A stretch of DNA of 29,203 nt from Escherichia phage ESSI2_ev239: sequence record NC_049392.1, one strand, 5' to 3'. Shown piece after piece: positions 17,331 to 25,750 of this stretch; the stretch's first letter is position 1, and each line of letters begins with the position of its first letter. The translations under genes were made by a program, and so were the position numbers. Below the pieces are notes generated by a model. That model had not been told where the DNA came from, did no database searches, and saw only the letters and a list, made by a program, of their open reading frames with translations.

Positions 17331-19133
17331 ATGGCAAGGAAGCCAATGGCAAAATACAGTGAAGAACTAAAAGGAGTGGCAAGGGCGCTATACCTGAAGC
17401 GCTATACACCGCAGGAAATTGCCAGCGAACTTAACTTACCCAACCGGCGAATTGTTTATTACTGGGCGGAGAAATATTGCTGGGCGGAACTGCTCAGTCA
17501 TGAATCCACGGAAGACGCGCTGAATCGCCGCGTGCAGTCGCTGACGCTGCGAGAGGGAAAATCAGAGCTGGAGCTACGCGAGCTGGACAGCCTCGTAGCC
17601 CATCTGGTGAAACTCCGTGCGCAGCATAATAAGCATCAGGAAAAGCTGGCCGAAATTAAACACCGTGGCGGCGAAGATGGAGCTGCACCGCGCCAGTCTG
17701 GTGATGGGGATAAATCGGGTAAACGCGGAAAATACAAAAAGAACGATATCAGCAAACTTACTCAGGAGGATTTTGACGCATTCGCCGCAGAGCATTTCTT
17801 CGGCTATCAAAAACATCTGCGAGCCAATCTTGGCCAGCAGGTCAGAAATATACTCAAAAGCCGCCAGATTGGCGCTACCTGGTATTTTTCGATAGAAGCC
17901 TTTGAAAGTGCGGTTATGACAGGCGATCCGCAAATTTTTCTCTCTGCATCCAAAGCCCAGGCGGAAGTCTTTCGCAGCTACATCGTCAACATCGCAGAGC
18001 AGTATTTTGGCGTGGAACTCACCGGCAACCCCATCCGTCTGTCCAACGGCGCGGAGCTGCGCTTCCTGTCCACCAACAAAAATACCGCACAGTCCTATAA
18101 CGGCCATCTGTACTGTGATGAATATTTCTGGGTTCCGAACTTCGCCAAACTGAATGAAGTGGCCAGCGCAATGGCCACGATTGATAAATGGCGCACCACC
18201 TACTTTTCCACGCCAAGCAGCAAGACCCACCAGGCGTACCCGTTCTGGACAGGCGAGGAATGGAAGCGCGGCGACAAAAAGCGCGCACGAACAGTATTCC
18301 CGACCGATAAAGAGCTGCGCGACGGTGGGCGGCTTTGTCCTGACGGCCAGTGGCGTTACATCATTACGATGGAAGACGCTATCGCCGGTGGCTTTAACCT
18401 GGCCAGCATCGAGAAGCTACGCAACCGCTACAACCGCGACACGTTCAACATGCTCTATATGTGCATATTCGTGGACAGTAAAGACAGCGTATTTTCGTTC
18501 TCCCGCGTCGAAAAATGCTGTGTCGATCCGGATACGTGGGAAGACCATGACGAAGACCTTCCCCGCCCGTTCGGTAACAGAGAGGTATGGGCGGGCTATG
18601 ACCCCGCCCGCAGCGGCGATACGTCCACCTTTGTGATTATCGCGCCGCCGATACTGGCCGTCGAAAAGTTTCGCGTGCTGCGCGTTTTCCACTGGCAGGG
18701 GATGAACTGGAAATGGCAGGCGGCACAGATTAAGAAGCTGTTTGGCCAGTACAACATGACCTACATCGGTATTGATATCACCGGGCTGGGAAGCGGTGTC
18801 TTTGAAGACGTTCAGCACTTTGCCATGCGCCAGGCAGTCGCGATCCGCTACGGCGTCGAGACCAAAAATCGTCTGGTGATGAAGATGATTGACGTAATCG
18901 AAGACGGCCGCGTGGAATGGGATAAGGAGAAGACCGAAATCGCCGCCAGCTTTATGACCATCCGGCGCACGTCCACGGCCAGCGGCAACGCGATGACGTT
19001 CGTCGCCGACCGCACAGCAGAAACAGGCCACGCAGACAGTTTCTGGGCTATCGCCCACGCTATCGACAATGAACCACTCAATTACGGAAACCAGCGTAAA
19101 TCCCGCTGGGGAAACTTAGGGAAAGCAGCATGA
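17331..19133 (+). CDS. P: Terminase large (ATPase) subunit (P2 gpP family)
   Basis: 600 aa, divergent from O across a ~170 bp AT-rich intergenic region, as P and O are arranged in P2; followed by the portal gene with overlapping stop/start. Confidence 0.85.
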   Translation: MARKPMAKYSEELKGVARALYLKRYTPQEIASELNLPNRRIVYYWAEKYCWAELLSHESTEDALNRRVQSLTLREGKSELELRELDSLVAHLVKLRAQHNKHQEKLAEIKHRGGEDGAAPRQSGDGDKSGKRGKYKKNDISKLTQEDFDAFAAEHFFGYQKHLRANLGQQVRNILKSRQIGATWYFSIEAFESAVMTGDPQIFLSASKAQAEVFRSYIVNIAEQYFGVELTGNPIRLSNGAELRFLSTNKNTAQSYNGHLYCDEYFWVPNFAKLNEVASAMATIDKWRTTYFSTPSSKTHQAYPFWTGEEWKRGDKKRARTVFPTDKELRDGGRLCPDGQWRYIITMEDAIAGGFNLASIEKLRNRYNRDTFNMLYMCIFVDSKDSVFSFSRVEKCCVDPDTWEDHDEDLPRPFGNREVWAGYDPARSGDTSTFVIIAPPILAVEKFRVLRVFHWQGMNWKWQAAQIKKLFGQYNMTYIGIDITGLGSGVFEDVQHFAMRQAVAIRYGVETKNRLVMKMIDVIEDGRVEWDKEKTEIAASFMTIRRTSTASGNAMTFVADRTAETGHADSFWAIAHAIDNEPLNYGNQRKSRWGNLGKAA

Positions 19134-20149
19134 AGAAACGCAAATTCCGGGAGCGCCGCAGCGCCCCAAAACCGCGTCATATGAGCCTTATCAGCCTGGG
19201 TAAGCCTGAACCCATTCTGACCACCGGCACAAACTATACCGATGTGTGGTACGACAACGAGGCAGAGCACTGGACGCTGCCGATTGACCGGCTGGCACTG
19301 GCGCAACTGGTGAACCTCAATGCACAGCACGGCGGCGTGCTGTATGCCCGTCGCAATATGGTGTCGGCAAACTATGAAAATGGCGGGCTTACGCATGAAC
19401 AGCTGGGGGCGGCAGTATTCGACTGGCTAACGTTCGGTGATGTGGCCATTCTGAAGGTGCGCAATGGATGGGGGGATGTGGTGGCGCTGTATCCGCTGCC
19501 GGCGCTGTACACCCGGCAGCGCAAAACCGGAGAATTCGTCGTGCTGCAACAGGCTGAACCAATGATTTACCCCCCTGAAGATATCATCTTCCTGAAGCAG
19601 TACGACCCGCAGCAGGCGGTTTATGGCCTCCCGGACTACATCAGCGGCATTCATTCCGCACTGCTGAACGGTGAGGCAACTATCTTCCGCCGCCGTTACT
19701 ACCACAACGGCGCTCACACCGGGGGCATTATCTATTCCAATGACCCGAACATGACCGACGAAGTGGAAGAAGAGATTATCAGCAAGCTGGAACAGTCGAA
19801 GGGGATCGGGAATTTCAGCACCATGTTCGTGAATATTCCCAAAGGCGATCCGGACGGCATCAAATTTATTCCGATTGGCGATATCAGCGCCAAAGATGAG
19901 TTTCAGAACATCAAGAGCATCAGCGCCCAGGACGTTCTGACCGCGCACCGCTTTCCGGCCGGACTGGCGGGGATTATCCCGACGAACGGCGCAGTAATGG
20001 GAGATATTGAGAAAGCGGCTAAAACCTACCGTAAAGCTGAAATTTTACCCGTTCAGCGTATGTTTGCGGCAGCGATTGCTGGCCAGAGCGATATTCCACA
20101 GCATTTGTACCTGAATTTCCTGAAAGACAGCGAGCTGGAAGGTGATTAA
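19130..20149 (+). CDS. Q: Portal protein (P2 gpQ family)
   Basis: 339 aa; overlaps the terminase stop by 4 nt; P-then-Q order as in the P2 PQ operon. Confidence 0.85.
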   Translation: MKKRKFRERRSAPKPRHMSLISLGKPEPILTTGTNYTDVWYDNEAEHWTLPIDRLALAQLVNLNAQHGGVLYARRNMVSANYENGGLTHEQLGAAVFDWLTFGDVAILKVRNGWGDVVALYPLPALYTRQRKTGEFVVLQQAEPMIYPPEDIIFLKQYDPQQAVYGLPDYISGIHSALLNGEATIFRRRYYHNGAHTGGIIYSNDPNMTDEVEEEIISKLEQSKGIGNFSTMFVNIPKGDPDGIKFIPIGDISAKDEFQNIKSISAQDVLTAHRFPAGLAGIIPTNGAVMGDIEKAAKTYRKAEILPVQRMFAAAIAGQSDIPQHLYLNFLKDSELEGD

Positions 20150-20202
20150 TGCCACTAAAAAGGCTAAAATATAGGCGTTTTCAGGGCCATGGAGCGCGGA
20201 AT

Positions 20203-20472
20203 ATGCGGGTACTAAAAGTAAAATGTCCGGAGTGCGGGGCAAAAGCGATCATCAAAAAGACGAATCCCAAGCACCCCCATATTTCAGATATTTACTGCGC
20301 CTGTTCTGACGTGGAATGCGGTCATACCTTCGTGCTTAACCTGACGTTCTCCCACACATTAAGCCCCAGTGCCAAGACCGGGGACTTGATGGTGCAGACG
20401 ATCCTCAATTCCTTCTCGCCAGAACAGAAGCAAATGACGCTGGATTTATTGAAAGCCGGAATGGCTGCATAG
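20203..20472 (+). CDS. ogr: Ogr/Delta-family zinc-finger late transcription activator
   Basis: Track ORF starts at 20149; preferred start is MRVLKVK, preceded by GGAG. Cysteine spacing C-x2-C-x22-C-x4-C (CPEC ... CSDVEC) matches the Ogr/Delta zinc finger. Confidence 0.7.
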   Translation: MRVLKVKCPECGAKAIIKKTNPKHPHISDIYCACSDVECGHTFVLNLTFSHTLSPSAKTGDLMVQTILNSFSPEQKQMTLDLLKAGMAA

Positions 20473-20475
20473 AAA

Positions 20476-20495
20476 AAGGCACCGTAAGGTGCCTT
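20476..20495. terminator. Bidirectional intrinsic terminator between convergent ogr and early operon
   Basis: Perfect hairpin aaggcacc-gtaa-ggtgcctt flanked by A/T runs on both sides, between the ogr stop (20472) and the stop of the minus-strand gene (20500). Confidence 0.55.
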
Positions 20496-20499
20496 ACTT

Positions 20500-20751
20500 T
20501 TACGCGCTTGCCTCAGTCTTGATAAAGGCAATGCCATCTTTAAGGAATGCGTGATAGTTTCTCCCACTCAAAGGGGAGTGAACCACAGCAGTAAGCGGCA
20601 ACAAAACATCAACAACGTTAGCAAATTGCTCAAAACTGATATCGAAGTGCTCCATTGTCAGTTCATCAAAATCAGTCGTTTCATATAGTTCATCGCTGAT
20701 ATTAAAAATTCCCATCAGCAATTCCTCATACGAAAAATAATTTTGCTTCAT
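20500..20751 (-). CDS. Small acidic hypothetical protein (candidate accessory, anti-defence or exclusion factor)
   Basis: 83 aa, rich in D/E/F; last gene of the early operon, in a region visibly AT-richer than the structural genes. Confidence 0.5.
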   Translation of the reverse strand: MKQNYFSYEELLMGIFNISDELYETTDFDELTMEHFDISFEQFANVVDVLLPLTAVVHSPLSGRNYHAFLKDGIAFIKTEASA

Positions 20752-20773
20752 TTATTCGCCCTATAATTATTCG

Positions 20774-21145
20774 CTAATCAATAATCTTAATGGTCATATC
20801 ATCCGAATCAAAAACGCCGGACACATCAACCCCTGTAATTTTGATTCCCTCAGAACCGTCCATTGGAGGCCATCCCTCCTGCCCGTTACCTTCTTTCCAG
20901 TCAAATTCACATACAACACCATATGTATTAAAGTTATTCTCAAGTGCAATGAGCATCGCATGTTGTGCCAGCATAATTAAGACGGCATTAAGTACAGATT
21001 CATGCTTCATGAGACGATATTTAGCTTCCGACCAGAAATTGTTAATTTCATGTAATTTTTCTTCTGTCATTACATCGTGGTCAATTTCAATATCAATCTC
21101 CGCTTTCCAGTCATAATCCACGGTATATCTTTTGACATTTGTCAT
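20774..21145 (-). CDS. Acidic hypothetical protein (candidate accessory, anti-defence or exclusion factor)
   Basis: Track ORF 20774-21238; preferred start is MTNVKRYT, preceded by AAGGGG at 6-7 nt, about 10 nt after the primase-helicase stop. Roughly 123 aa, acidic, no domain I can name. Confidence 0.5.
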   Translation of the reverse strand: MTNVKRYTVDYDWKAEIDIEIDHDVMTEEKLHEINNFWSEAKYRLMKHESVLNAVLIMLAQHAMLIALENNFNTYGVVCEFDWKEGNGQEGWPPMDGSEGIKITGVDVSGVFDSDDMTIKIID

Positions 21146-21155
21146 TATTTTCCCC

Positions 21156-23882
21156 TTATTTTTCCCTACGGAATATCCAGCAACGGAATGTATCCGGCAT
21201 GCGTTGCATTTCACCTTTGCCACGGTTATGGCGTTCACTCACTGCGCTGCGCGTGGTTTTGGTGTCGATAAAACGGCGCTCGTTGCCGTTTTTAAGCAGC
21301 TTTTTAATCTCGGTTAAAGTAAACGGAATACGCTGCCGGTGGGCGGCGGCGACTTCTTCCAGATGGTTAAAATTGACCGCTATTTCACCTTCATCCGATG
21401 AATGGTTAATACCATGCGGTGCCAGCTCGTCGAGGTAGTCAAACAGCTCCCAAAACTCCTGCACCAGAGGGTGATCCTTTTTAAGCGCCTGACACCGTTC
21501 CACGGCCAGCGCGGTGATGGCCTCGCGGGTCTTCTCAATACGCTCCACCGGCACCGGCACAACCAACGCCAGCGCTTCCAGCAAACCGACCAGTTGCGCA
21601 TGGTTTTTGGCGATACGGATATGGCGGATATTGGTATTAGACTCCAGCTCGCCACGGGCGCGTTCGTAGCCCTGGCCAAACACCTTCATGATTTCTTTTT
21701 CACGCATAGTGGCCAGCAGGGTGAAACCAGATACCTGGCTGACTGGGATCTGCTCAAGGCGTTCAGCGGCATAGCGGGTCTGAATAGACTGGCCACGCTT
21801 GTCGGTATAGATGTGGATGATACGCTCCAGAAACGCCTTACTGCCGTCTGTGTCGGCGTTCTGCGCTATCACTATGCTGCCCCTGAATGGCGGCTCGTAG
21901 GTCTCGTTATTGTTCGATTTGATACCCACAGCGCGGGAGGCGCGACCGTTATACAGTGATTTCAGCTCGTCCCAGTCAAAAGCGCGTTGTTTAGCGTTAT
22001 CGGTAGTACGGTCGCCCTCAATCAGCACAACCGGCAAATTACCGACCTGCGCAAAGTTACGGCCACGCGCTGCGGCTGTCGATTTGGAAGGATCAAACCC
22101 TTCATACTCTTCACGGCCGGCGAGTTTCCACAGAAATTCAATCAGCGTGGATTTACCTGTTCCCGGTTCCCCCACGATTTCAAGAAACGGGAAAGACTTG
22201 TCACGCTCGCGGATTTGCTCAGCAAACAGCGACCCCAGCCAGAACGCCAGAGCCACATACCCTTTTTCACCAAAAGCCGTCCAGATATCGTCTACCCAGC
22301 CCGTAGTAAATTCGTTCAGCTTCGGATTCAGATCCAGCGACGGCGTGAGGCTCAGGCTCTTGACGCTGGCGCTGTTGATTTCGAAATAATCTTCATCGTT
22401 CATTTCGTACAGCCGGCCATCACAAACAGCCACGCGATTAAACAGCCATGCAGCATAATCCTTGTTATAGCCAATGAAATTTTGCGTCTTAACCTCTTTG
22501 ATTTCAGGGAGGCGCATCTGGATGAACTTATCCAGCTGTTTGGTACTGCCGGTGTACACCGCACCTTTGGCGATATGCAGCAGACGTTTTTTAAACTCGG
22601 CGGAACTGGTTAACTGGTTGGCCGTGAAAGTATCTTTCACGGCTGGCCGGTTCGGCATATTGACCTTCACGTAATACCAGGACTCGTCTGTAGGTTCAGA
22701 CCGCTGGAAGTAAAGCGGCGTCAGCCAGCAGTTGGCGATTTCAGTCACGCCACCTGACTCTTTAACCGCCCGTTCTTTGGCCTCCCACTCCATCACCACT
22801 TCAGTACCGGTATTGGTGATGCGCTCATAAGCTCGCATGTACCTGTCCAGATCCAGCTCAAACCAGTACATGCGGGAGTTATGCTCAAAATAGAACGAAT
22901 GCCACTCGTTATGCTGATGCATGAGCAACGCTTTTTCAGTCGGGCTTTTCGCCAGAAGGATATCGCCATAGTAGCGATAATTTTTGATGTCCGATTTGCT
23001 GAACCGCCCACGTAAAAGCAGGTCATTCCAGTCCAGACTGGAGGATGATTTCACCGGCTGCGCCGCGCGAACTTTCCAGCCGGCTTCCTCGCTACGGGCA
23101 GCAAAGGCCAGCGTGTGCTTAGTGCCAGCTCTGTCACCATCAAACGCCCATATCAGGCGTGGGCGGGGTTTCTCGCCCAGCTCTTTAGCCAGGGTATCCA
23201 GCGCCACCAGTGGGTAATTATTGCTGCTCAGTGTGGCCACAGCGGGTAAACCCGCCTGGCACAGGCTCAGCGCGTTGAAGATGCCCTCAGTGATCCAGAT
23301 TTCATTCACTTCCAGCAGGTTCACAGACGGCGGAACCCACCAGTGGCCAACGTAGCTGCCTCTGATGTTCGCTTTCTGCTTACCAAAGCGCTGCGGCTGG
23401 TCAATGATGCGCTCCCATGTCGCACCGCAGGTCAGCTTAAATCTGACGGTTGCCGACCCCATACCATCTTTGGCAAACGCCCCCTGGGTAAAGCAACCTT
23501 TCAGCGGTTCAGTATCCAGCCCTCTCGCCTCGCGCAGATACGCCTCAGCTACCGCATGAGGGTTATCTTCTGTGGCCTGGTACCGTTTTGACCAGTCTTC
23601 AAAAATATCCGGATACAGCTCTTTGACAACGACCTGATGGCCGCAGTTGTTTTCGCGGCCGCACTTCAGGATCCAGGGCTTTTCTATGCTGGTAAATAAT
23701 TCACGTTTGTGGCATTTAGGGCAAACGCCCTGTTGCAGATATTTATCCCGTTCCTTGAATTCAAAATCCTGAACGAGTCGGCACACAACGTCCTGCTGTA
23801 TTGTGGCATTCATAATTAATCCAGATGTAGAAAGGTGTGAAAGGCAAAAACTATATTCGGTATTGTTTGTTATATCGCTCAT
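21156..23882 (-). CDS. Replication primase-helicase (zinc-finger + Toprim primase + P-loop NTPase; P4 alpha-like architecture)
   Basis: 908 aa with CPKCH...CGRENNCGH zinc motif, Toprim-like EGIFNA and AFDGDRAG, and Walker A GEPGTGKS. Start may be the internal MNATIQ (about 23813). Confidence 0.75.
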   Translation of the reverse strand: MSDITNNTEYSFCLSHLSTSGLIMNATIQQDVVCRLVQDFEFKERDKYLQQGVCPKCHKRELFTSIEKPWILKCGRENNCGHQVVVKELYPDIFEDWSKRYQATEDNPHAVAEAYLREARGLDTEPLKGCFTQGAFAKDGMGSATVRFKLTCGATWERIIDQPQRFGKQKANIRGSYVGHWWVPPSVNLLEVNEIWITEGIFNALSLCQAGLPAVATLSSNNYPLVALDTLAKELGEKPRPRLIWAFDGDRAGTKHTLAFAARSEEAGWKVRAAQPVKSSSSLDWNDLLLRGRFSKSDIKNYRYYGDILLAKSPTEKALLMHQHNEWHSFYFEHNSRMYWFELDLDRYMRAYERITNTGTEVVMEWEAKERAVKESGGVTEIANCWLTPLYFQRSEPTDESWYYVKVNMPNRPAVKDTFTANQLTSSAEFKKRLLHIAKGAVYTGSTKQLDKFIQMRLPEIKEVKTQNFIGYNKDYAAWLFNRVAVCDGRLYEMNDEDYFEINSASVKSLSLTPSLDLNPKLNEFTTGWVDDIWTAFGEKGYVALAFWLGSLFAEQIRERDKSFPFLEIVGEPGTGKSTLIEFLWKLAGREEYEGFDPSKSTAAARGRNFAQVGNLPVVLIEGDRTTDNAKQRAFDWDELKSLYNGRASRAVGIKSNNNETYEPPFRGSIVIAQNADTDGSKAFLERIIHIYTDKRGQSIQTRYAAERLEQIPVSQVSGFTLLATMREKEIMKVFGQGYERARGELESNTNIRHIRIAKNHAQLVGLLEALALVVPVPVERIEKTREAITALAVERCQALKKDHPLVQEFWELFDYLDELAPHGINHSSDEGEIAVNFNHLEEVAAAHRQRIPFTLTEIKKLLKNGNERRFIDTKTTRSAVSERHNRGKGEMQRMPDTFRCWIFRREK

Positions 23883-24069
23883 GCGTCATTAATTCCCAAT
23901 GTCTGCCCTTATCTTTACTCAGTAACCGCCAGCGATAAGAGACATGTACAGACAAATAATGATGCGGTTTTATAACCTGATATACTTTTTTGCCGCTGTA
24001 ATATTCTGTCAGCACTGATAATGCCTTGTGAATGACACTTTCACTCGCATGAGAGGTCACTGTCAGCAT
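23851..24069 (-). CDS. Small hypothetical ORF upstream of the primase-helicase
   Basis: 72-aa ORF overlapping the annotated primase start by about 30 nt; no motif; may be spurious if the primase starts at 23882. Confidence 0.3.
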   Translation of the reverse strand: MLTVTSHASESVIHKALSVLTEYYSGKKVYQVIKPHHYLSVHVSYRWRLLSKDKGRHWELMTHERYNKQYRI

Positions 24070-24071
24070 AG

Positions 24072-24632
24072 TTATTTCACACTGGCTATTTTGACAAGAT
24101 ACATCCAGACATAAGAAACAATCTTTATGTTGTGGATTGCATGGTTATACGCATTGCGAGTGAAAGTATACGGAATAATACTGTCCATATTAAGCCCCAG
24201 CGTCGAGGCAAGTTCAACAATCGTAATAACGGATTGCTCATTACCGTGGGTAAAACACTGCACTGCAAACTTATTCAAAACATGCCGCAACACAGAACTG
24301 TGCAGTGATGGACACCCGTTCCATAACTTCACGCTCGCGGGATCAGCATTTTCATTAACGAATGAGTAGAAATCACAGATAGCCAACTCTATATCTTGAC
24401 AATCGTCATCAAGCAACTGACAACGGACTTCAGAGGGTTGACGTAACCACCACTCTATAGCTTCCGCACTGACTGTACCACCGTTACTCATCGAATCATC
24501 AAGACTGATGCGACGATAAAATGTTTCGCCGATTTCACCGGTTTCAGGATTAAAGAAAATTGCAGCAATAGCCGTAATTGCTGCGGTGGATTTATCATCC
24601 ATTGCTTCAATGTCAATCATTAAATGTTTCAT
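24072..24632 (-). CDS. Putative 3'-5' exonuclease (DEDD / DnaQ-like, Rv2179c-like)
   Basis: 186 aa starting MKHLMIDIEAMD, the D-x-E exo I motif seen in small DEDD exonucleases common in prophage early regions. Confidence 0.55.
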   Translation of the reverse strand: MKHLMIDIEAMDDKSTAAITAIAAIFFNPETGEIGETFYRRISLDDSMSNGGTVSAEAIEWWLRQPSEVRCQLLDDDCQDIELAICDFYSFVNENADPASVKLWNGCPSLHSSVLRHVLNKFAVQCFTHGNEQSVITIVELASTLGLNMDSIIPYTFTRNAYNHAIHNIKIVSYVWMYLVKIASVK

Positions 24633-24641
24633 CGCGATTCC

Positions 24642-24977
24642 TTAACGGTTAGATGTTGCAACAGGTTTAAGATGGGAATTATTGCTTTTTAATGCAGATG
24701 TAGCCAATGACATAAGACCGGAAATATTATTTTCAGTTGGTATATTCCCGCCAAAAACCATTAGTGTAATTTTGTGAAGCTCTTCAAAATCTTCACAGTC
24801 ATTATTAAAGCGTGCAGTGGATGTTATACCCTCAAGACATTTTGCAAGCTGGATATTTAATTCCATTAACTGCAAACCATCGCTATGGACAGAGAATGTT
24901 TCTTTTTCAATCGCGTTTGCCTGTGCATGGTAATTTTGCAAAAGGCTACGAATCAGGGTCGCATATTTAGTTTTCAT
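24642..24977 (-). CDS. Hypothetical early protein (occupies the P2 orf78/B position after cox)
   Basis: Track ORF 24642-25004; start moved to Met 10 (MKTKYATL) so it follows the cox stop. No recognisable domain. Confidence 0.4.
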   Translation of the reverse strand: MKTKYATLIRSLLQNYHAQANAIEKETFSVHSDGLQLMELNIQLAKCLEGITSTARFNNDCEDFEELHKITLMVFGGNIPTENNISGLMSLATSALKSNNSHLKPVATSNR

Positions 24978-24979
24978 AA

Positions 24980-25249
24980 TTAAAGCCCTAACCACATTAG
25001 CCACGCATCGCGTTGTGCTTTTGGTTTTTTTGCAAATGCAAGTCGGATGCCTTTATTAAATTCCTCAATACAAATCAGTTTCTCCGTACGCGCTCCAGGC
25101 TTCTCCGGATCCTGAATTTCAATAAAAGGAATTTTGTCCGCTTTAACCATCATATCCACGGCATTTTTAGACTTACCCAACAGCTCCGCGAACTTCTCAG
25201 TTGTCACCCCTTCGAGCGGGTACTTGATAAGCAAATCATCAAGGTTCAT
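24980..25249 (-). CDS. cox: Cox-like excisionase / lytic-switch regulator
   Basis: 89 aa, back-to-back with the C repressor gene; C-terminal RDAWLMWLGL resembles the P2 Cox C-terminus as I recall it. Confidence 0.65.
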   Translation of the reverse strand: MNLDDLLIKYPLEGVTTEKFAELLGKSKNAVDMMVKADKIPFIEIQDPEKPGARTEKLICIEEFNKGIRLAFAKKPKAQRDAWLMWLGL

Positions 25250-25345
25250 GTGTTATCCTCCGTTTTGCAAACCTTTGCAGACCGTTCTAGAACACTCTGG
25301 AACATTCCACATGTGACACATTACAAAATGGAGGATATTCCTTAC
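25250..25345. promoter_or_regulatory. Immunity switch region between cox and C (candidate Pe/Pc promoters and operator repeats)
   Basis: 96-bp intergenic region containing two pairs of direct repeats spaced about one helical turn apart: TTTGCAAAC / TTTGCAGAC and GAACACT / GAACATT. Confidence 0.4.
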
Positions 25346-25666
25346 ATGGCACATATGTCAAGTATGGGTGAGAAGTTTCGTTTAATCCGCAAGGCTGAGG
25401 GAATGACCCGCCAAGAGTTTGCTGATGCAGTTGGCTTACCTTATGGAACGCTAACGAACTACGAAACAAAGGGTTTCCAAGTAACAGAAGGCGCTCTTAT
25501 GAAGATAACCAAAAACCCAAGATTCAAAAAATACGCTTACTGGCTTTCAACGGACGAAACCATGCCGGAGGTAGGTCAAATATCCCCGGCTCTCTCTCTT
25601 GATGGGTCAGAGCAACCGGAGGATATTCCGGATTTAACCCCCAAAACAGCAAAATCACACCGTTAA
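25346..25666 (+). CDS. C: Immunity repressor (P2 C-like, helix-turn-helix)
   Basis: Track ORF starts at 25013; preferred start MAHMSSMGEKF follows GGAGG at about 10 nt. HTH segment TRQEFADAVGLPYGTLTNYE; about 106 aa, directly upstream of int. Confidence 0.7.
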   Translation: MAHMSSMGEKFRLIRKAEGMTRQEFADAVGLPYGTLTNYETKGFQVTEGALMKITKNPRFKKYAYWLSTDETMPEVGQISPALSLDGSEQPEDIPDLTPKTAKSHR

Positions 25667-25750
25667 AAGCTGAAAATTGGTTAGACCTGTATTTTGAATT
25701 TGCTGACTGCCTGTGGTCGCAGGCCGGAAGCTACATCGGAGGGCTTCGCT

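Noticed and set aside
20149-20202. Long N-terminal extension of the Ogr-like ORF overlapping the Q stop
   Set aside because: The extension lacks similarity to Ogr proteins, whereas an internal ATG preceded by GGAG gives a protein of Ogr-like size.
21402-22613. Several plus-strand ORFs (159-208 aa) inside the primase-helicase region, and similar antisense ORFs across the structural genes (e.g. 1008-1340, 6102-6722, 8326-8794, 13187-13780, 14595-15149, 17574-18230, 18417-19058)
   Set aside because: All overlap longer, motif-bearing, operon-consistent genes on the opposite strand; they have no start-site support and are typical shadow ORFs.
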